Positions 20,301-27,112 of a DNA stretch of 64,000 nt are shown here, in pieces (positions within the stretch are counted from its first letter, which is position 1; each line of letters opens with the position of its first letter). This stretch comes from a virus (taxonomy: Duplodnaviria > Heunggongvirae > Uroviricota > Caudoviricetes), in the IMG/VR virus record IMGVR_UViG_2974615235_000001, positions 1,236 to 65,235 of that record. The stretch is one strand, 5' to 3'. Both the position numbers and the translations under genes were made by a program. Under the pieces are notes generated by a model, which did not search any database, was not told where the DNA came from, and worked only from the letters and a program-made list of their open reading frames with translations.

Positions 20301-21664
20301 GTACTAGAAGCACGAGATTGAACTATAACCCAGAAGCTTCTCCTAATGAGGAGTGGTCATTGGAATATGACTTGTATACCACCAATGATTGGAATGGAAG
20401 TTCAGGTAACAGCAAGTTCAGGTTATCAGATGATCTCACCGGAGATTACTTAGCAGACGACCCTTTTGTGAACACAGGGGGAGGGTGGCTTAAAAGAGAG
20501 CATACTTTTACTTTCTCTAGCCCTGCAAGAGTAAATATCCAAATGTGGGCTAATCACACGACGGGTTTTCTTAGAATTACTAATATTAAACTTAGACGTA
20601 AGAAAGCAGGAAACCTTATAGTAGATGGTACTATCACAGCAACTCAGATAGCCGCCGAAGCGATTACTGCTACTAAGCTTAGTGCTGATGCCATAGATGG
20701 TAAACTCATTACAGGGACAATCCTACGCACTTCTGCAAGTACCTCTGTACCAAGAGTTGTTGTAGGCGACCCTTCCTTTCCTTTGTGGTATGGAACGGGG
20801 AATATTTCTACACAGAACATGGTGTTTGGGTTACTCTCTAACGGTACAGCCTATGCACAGAACCTTGTTATAGAGGATAACTCTGTGTTTAAAGGAAACC
20901 TTGTAGCAGCGAGTGGTACATTAGGAACTATAACTTCTGGAACTATCACAGGTACTACGATAAATGGTAACACTATAACAGGTGGTTCTATATCAGGTGC
21001 AACTATATCAGGTAATACTATTACAGGTGGGACTATAAGTGGTACTACTATTACAGGTACAACCGTTACAGGGGGTTTAATACGGACAGCTTCCTCTGGG
21101 TATAGGACAGAGCTTGACGATGGGACATACATGATATGGTCAGGTACTGGTACTAAGAATGACAGTAATGGTATATTCTGGGTTAAGAAGAATGGTACTG
21201 GTTTTATTAAAGGTGACTTCTTTCAAGGGGAAATTCTTGAAACTAAAACTGCTACGTTCTCTGATACAGCGAGTTCGTCAGGTAGTGCTTCTTTGACACA
21301 CAACTCTGCGGGTAAGGCTGTAACTATTAACACTCTTGGTACTTTAAACCTTGAAATGTCCGGAGACCAAAGAGACCAAGCAGGTAAGCTTCAGATAAGA
21401 GTGAGAGTAAAAAGAGGTAGCACTGTTATAGACAGCTATAACGACTATCCCTCTAATGTGGCATACTTGAATGAACCAGAAGCTAATATAAATAAAACCT
21501 TTTTCCGTTTCAGGTCATCTAATTTCTTTTTTGACACTACAACCTCGACAGGTGATAGAACTTACACCTTAGAGGTAGACTTCATAAACGGAGGGGCATC
21601 AGGGACTGTAGCTGTTCCTAATATAGGCGGTTCTATCAAAACCGAAGAAAACAAACTTGCATAG
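17372..21664 (+). CDS. long tail fiber protein (repeat-rich)
   Basis: 1430 aa; about 21-aa LDxLNNxxLP repeats, then about 40 copies of an 11-aa (A/G)N(S/T)ITxxxIxA repeat, then C-terminal TI(T/S)G heptad-like repeats. Confidence 0.7.
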   Translation: MAQFEITDFPEIATLTDEENFVFYVKRITDGQDYKIKLGNFQGLILDTVSGQGEDFIQQIVDQLLPDIESSFEQDLEDQVAEAIASERVQREIELKIDEILGEDFENPYTTIVAEVNSVIDNARTNKKFSKEITLVNNTLDVVNNEKLPALQEELDNLNNVVLPQVNATIAQVESDLATLNEVDLPELDTSLEALDDSLTTLNDVTLPALEGRLAQAEIELQNLNAVDLTVLQNELDQINEDLDTLNNTTLPALEATVQAVQDDLDNLDLTGLQNDLNAAQSDIDTLNNTTIPNINTTLGGLSTDLDNLNNVKLPEIDSTLGELENNLLDLSDELTLLDENTEELNEALYIVEDINSILENRQTLREQRKSSNVLGRDLDNLNQVVLPNVQETLEAARVDISTLNNTTIPSLQNSVRDTAASVDTLGDKFPITETDITDGAITTPKIATNAVTANEILAGTITSNEIAALTIIGQNILGETISADKLIANTITANEIASETITGNEIAANSVNADRLVANSITAAQIDAGTITANELSADSVDTLQLVTDSVIADKIASNAVTADKILAGSVTTNKLFSGAVTTDKLFAGAVTSEKIESRTIVAENIQLGTLTGNEIAVNSINADRIVANSIGANQIAANAITVDELASNSVTSVKIVSGAITTDKMTANTINGDRITANTLDASKIVAESISAREIAALSITGDLIKGNTIEGDKLVVNSISGDRITTNTLNGNKITAGTISADRLVANSITSGQLAANSVTASEIQAGSVSTDKMVANSINGDRITSNTLHADKIVAGTIGAREITANSITAGEIASLTITGNEIKGNSVHADKIIANTIGAREITANSITSDEIAANTIIGGNILGNTITGDKIKANQIDASHIQADAVEADAIKARVITGDKLAFETITGDLIAANTLTTKNLVVSDFENLTYGSDFEVAEEIPWDLSDPSIYVVNATNISQNALQFASEGSGTRSTRLNYNPEASPNEEWSLEYDLYTTNDWNGSSGNSKFRLSDDLTGDYLADDPFVNTGGGWLKREHTFTFSSPARVNIQMWANHTTGFLRITNIKLRRKKAGNLIVDGTITATQIAAEAITATKLSADAIDGKLITGTILRTSASTSVPRVVVGDPSFPLWYGTGNISTQNMVFGLLSNGTAYAQNLVIEDNSVFKGNLVAASGTLGTITSGTITGTTINGNTITGGSISGATISGNTITGGTISGTTITGTTVTGGLIRTASSGYRTELDDGTYMIWSGTGTKNDSNGIFWVKKNGTGFIKGDFFQGEILETKTATFSDTASSSGSASLTHNSAGKAVTINTLGTLNLEMSGDQRDQAGKLQIRVRVKRGSTVIDSYNDYPSNVAYLNEPEANINKTFFRFRSSNFFFDTTTSTGDRTYTLEVDFINGGASGTVAVPNIGGSIKTEENKLA

Positions 21665-21671
21665 GTGCTTT

Positions 21672-21995
21672 ATGAAATTACCTCTTTACGGAGGAGTCCT
21701 TTTAGGTCTTCTCCTTTTAACCACAGGATGTGAAGATAGTAAGCCTCTTGTAAAGAAAGACTTTGATAATACAGGGCAAGAATTAGTCTTAACTGTACAT
21801 ACATACGATTCTTTACAACAACTCAATAATAATGTACGTGAACCTGCTCTTGGTTTAAAAGGGCAAGCTTATTTACTAGGAAACGATTGTGAAATCAAAC
21901 TTTATGAACCTAAGTCATTGAGAGAAGATGATGAGTTTGCCCTTACATTAGGGCATGAACTTATGCACTGCCTCTATGGTAACTATCATAAATAA
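21672..21995 (+). CDS. small lipoprotein with HExxH motif (possible superinfection-exclusion lipoprotein)
   Basis: Signal peptide plus lipobox LLTTG|C; C-terminal GHELMHCLYGNYH; AGGTG RBS; the alternative ATG 21657 overlaps the fiber stop. Confidence 0.5.
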   Translation: MKLPLYGGVLLGLLLLTTGCEDSKPLVKKDFDNTGQELVLTVHTYDSLQQLNNNVREPALGLKGQAYLLGNDCEIKLYEPKSLREDDEFALTLGHELMHCLYGNYHK

Positions 21996-22014
21996 TTAAT
22001 CAGGATAACATATA

Positions 22015-23124
22015 ATGGCTGTAAATCCAGTACAATTTTTAGTTGCTTCAAATGCAAGCATAACAGATGGGTCTAAGATAGTAAATATCTCAGGTAATGT
22101 AGACTGTAGTAGAGTATATTCTGGTACAGCGGTATTCCTTGGCGGGGCTGATAACCCTGCTGAGGCTGTCTCTGGCACAAGCCCAGATGGAAGCGGTAAT
22201 TCTACAATCACTTTACGTAATAACTGGTCTCAAGGGGATGTAGTTAATCAACAGATGGTTACATTCAATACGAATGAGGGTCTTGCTGAGGCTATTTCTA
22301 ATGTAAGGGAGATTGTTAGTAATGTCTCTGCTATAGAGGATTTAGCTACGCAAGGTCTTATCAAGAGGATTGATGATAATAACTATGAAGTAGTGAATAT
22401 ATCTTCTCAAGGGGAGTCTCTCATTACGGCCAATGACGCTTCTAGTCAAAGGAGTGTGATGGGGTTAGGTAGTGCTGCTACGAAGGATGTAGGCACTGCC
22501 GCTGGCAATGTGATGGAGGTAGGGGCTTTTGGTGTAGGTGTAAACCAAACGACAATAATTAGTGATATAAACGCGGTTACAGATGGGTCATCTGGTTTCT
22601 ATGGAATAAATAACGGCACAATAGGAAAGCCAGAATTTGGGGGAAATACCTTCGGAGTTGTAACCAAATTTCCTTATACCAATTTTCAGCCACAACTATT
22701 TACTGGTAGCGTTGGAACTGGCAACCCTACCGCAGCCATACGAGTTTACGACGATCTTACGAGTTCGTTTTCTGATTGGTTAGAGTTTCACCACAGCGGT
22801 AACACTAACTTTAATGAGTTTGGTGGAAATGTTGGAGACACCATTGCAACGGGCGCAGCGCATGGAGCGAACTATGCTAGTTTTGAGTTACCTATTAACA
22901 GTACAAGCTCCCCCGCAGGGGTAAGTGTAGCAGGGGCTTTTTCTGTTGTCGCTAAGAGCGGTACAGCCACTAGAGTAGCTAGTACTACTGTTAATTTTAG
23001 TGGTGCAGACAGTAGTAAAAAAATTGCGGTGGTTAGTGTCACATCATCAGGGGCTTTTACGGCAGGTGAGGTATTAATTCTACGCAGTGCAGCTAACAAC
23101 TCTAAAATAACAGTAAACTTCTAA
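22015..23124 (+). CDS. second fiber / receptor-binding-like structural protein (hypothetical)
   Basis: 369 aa Gly/Ser/Thr/Asn-rich protein after the long fiber. Confidence 0.3.
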   Translation: MAVNPVQFLVASNASITDGSKIVNISGNVDCSRVYSGTAVFLGGADNPAEAVSGTSPDGSGNSTITLRNNWSQGDVVNQQMVTFNTNEGLAEAISNVREIVSNVSAIEDLATQGLIKRIDDNNYEVVNISSQGESLITANDASSQRSVMGLGSAATKDVGTAAGNVMEVGAFGVGVNQTTIISDINAVTDGSSGFYGINNGTIGKPEFGGNTFGVVTKFPYTNFQPQLFTGSVGTGNPTAAIRVYDDLTSSFSDWLEFHHSGNTNFNEFGGNVGDTIATGAAHGANYASFELPINSTSSPAGVSVAGAFSVVAKSGTATRVASTTVNFSGADSSKKIAVVSVTSSGAFTAGEVLILRSAANNSKITVNF

Positions 23125-23136
23125 TAGGAAATCAAC

Positions 23137-23724
23137 ATGCTTAAATTTATAGACGAAAACGACTTTTTATTAGTTGATACCTACAAAGAAAATGAAGATG
23201 GTTCTGTGTCATGGGTATATGACGAAGGGGAGGGGCTTCCTACACACTCTGGTGTTATCAGGGAAGGTTTCAAAAGGTTCACACAATACCCAGATGGCTC
23301 TGACAAGGAAATAGACGTATGGGCTAAGTTATGGGAACTACATAATGATGAACAAGTGTCTATCAATGTTCTTCCCGTAGACATACAACTTCTAAGAGAC
23401 AATGCTAAACAAGTGGTAAACTCTCAAAGAGATAGTCTTATCAACGGAGGGGTCTCTTTCAATGGACACACTTTCCAAACAGACGCTACCTCTATCATGG
23501 ATATGATGAGAGCAATCATGGCAGGGATAGACACTACATGGCTCACTGCTGATAACCAACAAGTCCCTATGACTAATGCAGGTATGGTAGCTCTAGGAGG
23601 CGCTGTAGCTGCCCACAAAGAGAGTTTAGTGTTTAAGGCAAGAGTACATAAGGACAACATTGAAAGTCTTGATACAAAGGCTGACATTGACGATTATGTA
23701 GCTACAATGTCTTGGGAGGACTAA
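23137..23724 (+). CDS. possible tail fiber assembly chaperone (hypothetical)
   Basis: 195 aa ORF following a fiber-like gene. Confidence 0.2.
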   Translation: MLKFIDENDFLLVDTYKENEDGSVSWVYDEGEGLPTHSGVIREGFKRFTQYPDGSDKEIDVWAKLWELHNDEQVSINVLPVDIQLLRDNAKQVVNSQRDSLINGGVSFNGHTFQTDATSIMDMMRAIMAGIDTTWLTADNQQVPMTNAGMVALGGAVAAHKESLVFKARVHKDNIESLDTKADIDDYVATMSWED

Positions 23725-24134
23725 TGCAAGTAATCCTAGGAACAAGTAATAGCATAGGGAGTCTAGCTATTAGACTCCACAACTTTAGTAAGTGGTCTCA
23801 TTGCGGAGTTATTATTAATAACAAAGTTATTGAGGCAACAGCAGGGCATGGGGTAGTTGAATCTACTCTAGAGTCTTTTAAGAGTCGCTATCCTAAATGG
23901 AAAATTATAGAAGTACCCCATAAAGGTGATTACCAGAAAAGGTTGTATGACCAAATAGGTAAGTCTTACGATTGGGGTGCTATCTTTAAGTTTGTCTTTA
24001 GAGGTGATTGGTCTGATACAGACAAATGGTTCTGTTATGAGTTAGCCGCTTATGCAAGTGGTGTATTGAATAATAAATATTTAGATAGGGTGACAGCCAC
24101 TCATCTATTAATGATAAGTGAGGAAGAAACGTAA
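23712..24134 (+). CDS. putative cell-wall hydrolase (permuted papain-like NlpC/P60-type fold); endolysin candidate
   Basis: 140 aa; His (..KWSHCG..) preceding a Cys in ..WFCYELAAY.. as in permuted NlpC/P60/YaeF-like enzymes; heads the lysis cassette. Confidence 0.3.
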   Translation: MGGLMQVILGTSNSIGSLAIRLHNFSKWSHCGVIINNKVIEATAGHGVVESTLESFKSRYPKWKIIEVPHKGDYQKRLYDQIGKSYDWGAIFKFVFRGDWSDTDKWFCYELAAYASGVLNNKYLDRVTATHLLMISEEET

Positions 24135-24511
24135 TGGCTATAAGCCCAGAGTTAGTATCTCTAGTATCTGCTGCTCTTGCTACAGGAAGTGGTGTAGGGA
24201 ATGTTTGGTTTTGGTATGACAAGAAGAAAGGCGATAAAGCGTCAGAAGCCTTCCAAAAGAAACTAGACTTGTTAGATACTTTAGTAGATGACCTAGCTAA
24301 ACAACAAGTAGAACACGATAATAAATTTATCACAGAAGAGCAGACAAGAAAACTTTTACAAGAGTATTTCGCTGAACTTAAACAATCTTGGTCAGACACT
24401 AATTCTGACGTTAAAGATATTAAAAATAACCTTATGGAGTTGACCATGCAATTAAGAGTTCTAAATGCTGTAAGGGATATAGAGAAAGAACTTACGACTA
24501 AGAAGGAATAA
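24134..24511 (+). CDS. membrane protein, single N-terminal TM plus coiled coil (holin/antiholin-like)
   Basis: 125 aa; hydrophobic N-terminus LVSLVSAALATGSGVGNVWFWY; ATGG overlap with upstream gene. Confidence 0.3.
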   Translation: MAISPELVSLVSAALATGSGVGNVWFWYDKKKGDKASEAFQKKLDLLDTLVDDLAKQQVEHDNKFITEEQTRKLLQEYFAELKQSWSDTNSDVKDIKNNLMELTMQLRVLNAVRDIEKELTTKKE

Positions 24512-24513
24512 CT

Positions 24514-24963
24514 ATGAAAGCCTTTATCGTAGATGATGACCCTATTACATTAACACTGGTTGCATTTATGCTTAATGAGGAGGGAGTAGAGACGCAGTAT
24601 TGTCTCTCTCCTGTTCCAGACAACCTCTATAAGGATATAGAGGAATTTCACCCTGACGTAATTATACTAGATATTTACTTAGAAAACGAAAGTGGTTTTG
24701 AAGTAGCTAAGAAGATACGTCAGAGTGAGAAGTTAAAAGATACACCTATTGTAGCTATATCAGGATCACATTCCGTAGAGGATAAACTACAAGCCTTTGT
24801 AACAGGGTTCATTGACTATATCCCTAAACCTTTCACTAAAGATGAGATACTCCAAACAGTGCGTAAATATGGTTACTCTAGTGAGATACTCAGATTGTGT
24901 GAAAGAATTAATAAAAGGGAGGAACTAGATCGTGAGTTATATTTTAAGTTTGATAAAGAATAG
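24514..24963 (+). CDS. stand-alone response-regulator receiver (CheY-like REC) domain protein
   Basis: 149 aa; complete REC signature: DDD (7-9), phospho-acceptor Asp in VIILDIY, Ser in AISGS, Lys in IPKPF; no output domain. Confidence 0.65.
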   Translation: MKAFIVDDDPITLTLVAFMLNEEGVETQYCLSPVPDNLYKDIEEFHPDVIILDIYLENESGFEVAKKIRQSEKLKDTPIVAISGSHSVEDKLQAFVTGFIDYIPKPFTKDEILQTVRKYGYSSEILRLCERINKREELDRELYFKFDKE

Positions 24964-25342
24964 GAAACTAGTTATAGGGATTGTTGTTGTAGGATTGCTA
25001 GGTATTAGTGCTTACTTAGGTTGGAATAGGTTAGAATCATCTATCTACCAAGAGGGTTACAGTGCTGCTGTAATAGAATACCAAGGTAAGCTACAAAAGG
25101 CCCAAAAGGAATATAATAGGGAAATTGAATATAAGCTTACACAACAAAGAACCTTACTCGCTCAGAGACATAAGAATGAGATGCGTAGGTTAGAAGCCGA
25201 ATCCGTGGTAGATAAAGAGGTTCAAACTGTCACAGAATACATAGAGGAAAAGATTTATGTTAAAGAAGAGTGCGATATTGTTCCTCCTGATCTTAACAGG
25301 ATGTTCAACAACTCCATCGACTCCATCAACGGAAGTAAATAA
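24932..25342 (+). CDS. i-spanin (Rz-like)
   Basis: 136 aa; N-terminal TM (LVIGIVVVGLLGISAYLGW) then charged coiled-coil periplasmic domain; the o-spanin is embedded in another frame. Confidence 0.6.
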   Translation: MSYILSLIKNRKLVIGIVVVGLLGISAYLGWNRLESSIYQEGYSAAVIEYQGKLQKAQKEYNREIEYKLTQQRTLLAQRHKNEMRRLEAESVVDKEVQTVTEYIEEKIYVKEECDIVPPDLNRMFNNSIDSINGSK

Positions 25343-25556
25343 GATTGATGAGAAGCTCCTAGAAGCCCCTATAAGCCCTTCTTTGTTAGTACCCTGTAGG
25401 GTAGCTTACCCTTTAAAGAGATATGCCTCTGAAGGCTCTCTCAGAGAGTTCTACGAGGTGTCTATATACAATCTAGGTCAGGTTAATAAATGCTACAATA
25501 AAGATGAGGCTTTAATAGAGGAAGTCAAGGAGAGGGATAATGTGGGGAAAGATTAA
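25257..25556 (+). CDS. o-spanin (Rz1-like outer-membrane lipoprotein)
   Basis: 99 aa; signal peptide plus lipobox LILTG|C; Pro/Ser/Thr-rich; starts inside the i-spanin gene in the +1 frame. Confidence 0.65.
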   Translation: MLKKSAILFLLILTGCSTTPSTPSTEVNKIDEKLLEAPISPSLLVPCRVAYPLKRYASEGSLREFYEVSIYNLGQVNKCYNKDEALIEEVKERDNVGKD

Positions 25557-25803
25557 AGAGTTCTTTACACACAAGTCTCTTAGAGAGTTAGCCACTACAT
25601 TGAATGCTTTCTGTATTGTAGAGATAGTTGTAATAGGGTTCTTCTCTTGGCAAGCTTACGACTTACTACAGTGGTATAAAGAGATCACTACTCCTGTCAC
25701 ATTTAACGCTACAGCATTTTGGGCTGCTATCAGTGGTATTGTTGCGGCAGTGTTTAGCGCATTGAAGTATATAAACCACACATATGAGGCTCGTAAGGAA
25801 TGA
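25540..25803 (+). CDS. holin candidate (two TM helices)
   Basis: 87 aa; two hydrophobic segments (FCIVEIVVIGFFSW; FWAAISGIVAAVFSAL); adjacent to spanins. Confidence 0.45.
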   Translation: MWGKIKEFFTHKSLRELATTLNAFCIVEIVVIGFFSWQAYDLLQWYKEITTPVTFNATAFWAAISGIVAAVFSALKYINHTYEARKE

Positions 25804-26033
25804 TAGAGATAGAAGTAGAAACCACTATGGAGATATGGAGAACAAAGGATACCACCTTCACTGTGATGTACCCTTTCCCTAATGTGGCTTATATAAAAGG
25901 GCTTAGAGGGAGTTTCACAAGGGAGTTGAGAGACTCTATGAAAGAGATGCTTAAAGAAAGAGGGATTACTCTTGTTCATTATGAACGTAGGAGACCTGAC
26001 GGAAGGCATCAAACCTTAGCAGTGGAGATATAA
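25800..26033 (+). CDS. hypothetical protein
   Basis: 77 aa ORF, overlapping start/stop. Confidence 0.3.
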   Translation: MIEIEVETTMEIWRTKDTTFTVMYPFPNVAYIKGLRGSFTRELRDSMKEMLKERGITLVHYERRRPDGRHQTLAVEI

Positions 26034-26593
26034 TGGCTACGATAATTAATCATTACATGAGCAAGATAACAGATTTATTCACTAAACAAGGCAGATCCGT
26101 AACAAGTCTTATAGAAAGCGGTGGATGGGTGTTTAAACAAATAGACACATACACGGAAGCGTCACCTCTTACAGTAGTACAAGGTAATAAGGTTAAACTT
26201 ACTATTCCTCTACAAGACGAAGGCTTCTTCCGTAGTAAATACTTTGAGCTGTCTTACGACTATACCTCACAGAAATTCACTCCTGTTACGGAAGATGATG
26301 TATACCTTGCTAACTTCAGAATGAAGGCTAAACCCTCTACACAGGCAGGTTATCTTAATTTCACTTTAGAATCTCCTAACGTTAGTTATAACCCTCTAAA
26401 TGGGGGAACACTTACATTCACAAAGAGCGCCAATGAAGAACATTTCTTCAGCCCAGATCTCACAGTTTTTATAGGGGAGGATGTAAGACAAAATGGAATA
26501 GAAGTTTGGGTAGAGGCAGTAGATTGTGATGTAGAAATTTATGATTATAGTTTTCTCATTACAAGACTGTTCAGCGATAAAAGGAATCCTTGA
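26033..26593 (+). CDS. hypothetical protein
   Basis: 186 aa ORF; ATGG overlap. Confidence 0.35.
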   Translation: MATIINHYMSKITDLFTKQGRSVTSLIESGGWVFKQIDTYTEASPLTVVQGNKVKLTIPLQDEGFFRSKYFELSYDYTSQKFTPVTEDDVYLANFRMKAKPSTQAGYLNFTLESPNVSYNPLNGGTLTFTKSANEEHFFSPDLTVFIGEDVRQNGIEVWVEAVDCDVEIYDYSFLITRLFSDKRNP

Positions 26594-27000
26594 TGGAATT
26601 ATTAAGACGATATTATGACGATAGGACAGAAGGTAAGTGGATATTCCCTGATGACTCTTATTGTTTCAATTTAGAGAGACCTTGGCTAAACAATAAAGTT
26701 AACGAGAGTTGCATTCCAGAGGGTACGTATATTGTATGCGAGGATTCGACAGGGAAACATCAGTGGTTTAAGTTTAAGGATGTACCTAATAGAACCTTCA
26801 TTGAAATGCACCCTGCATCTAAAGTTTCAGAGTTACTAGGGTGTCTAGCTCCTTGTATGGAACTCCGTAATGGGTATGCCTATCGTAATAAAGAAGCATT
26901 AATGAAATTCAAAGAATGGTTTCCTAATAAAGGTGAATGCTTCGTAGTTACGATTAGAAAATGGCATCCTAGAAGAGATGGTAAATGGAGAGAGGAATAA
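26590..27000 (+). CDS. hypothetical protein (Cys/His-rich, possible hydrolase)
   Basis: 136 aa ORF, last gene of the + strand block; followed by repeat element and terminator. Confidence 0.35.
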   Translation: MMELLRRYYDDRTEGKWIFPDDSYCFNLERPWLNNKVNESCIPEGTYIVCEDSTGKHQWFKFKDVPNRTFIEMHPASKVSELLGCLAPCMELRNGYAYRNKEALMKFKEWFPNKGECFVVTIRKWHPRRDGKWREE

Positions 27001-27066
27001 CCCTCATAAGAGCCTCTGTAAAGCTCTCTCAGAAGAGTTCTCCTAAAAGATGATACATTGTATAGC
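27001..27066. repeat. intergenic repeat element, copy A
   Basis: ccctcataagagcctctgtaaagctctctcagaagagttctcc ... cattgtatagc; shares core with elements at 30511, 37976, 44109 and 61900. Confidence 0.55.
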
Positions 27067-27077
27067 TTATACAAGAA

Positions 27078-27112
27078 AGCCCCTCAGATTGCTCTGTAGG
27101 GGCTATTTTTAT
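27078..27112. terminator. bidirectional rho-independent terminator between convergent modules
   Basis: agcccct (27078-84) / aggggct (27098-104) stem followed by atttttattta; A-run upstream serves the opposite strand. Confidence 0.6.

Noticed and set aside
17695-21132. Antisense ORFs inside the tail fiber gene (17695-17877, 17884-18729, 18793-19119, 19276-19659, 19672-19854, 19745-20035, 20851-21132, minus strand)
   Set aside because: Low-complexity translations (runs of S/L/V/I) generated by the 33-nt repeat periodicity of the sense-strand fiber gene; no RBS; fully nested in a clearly coding gene.
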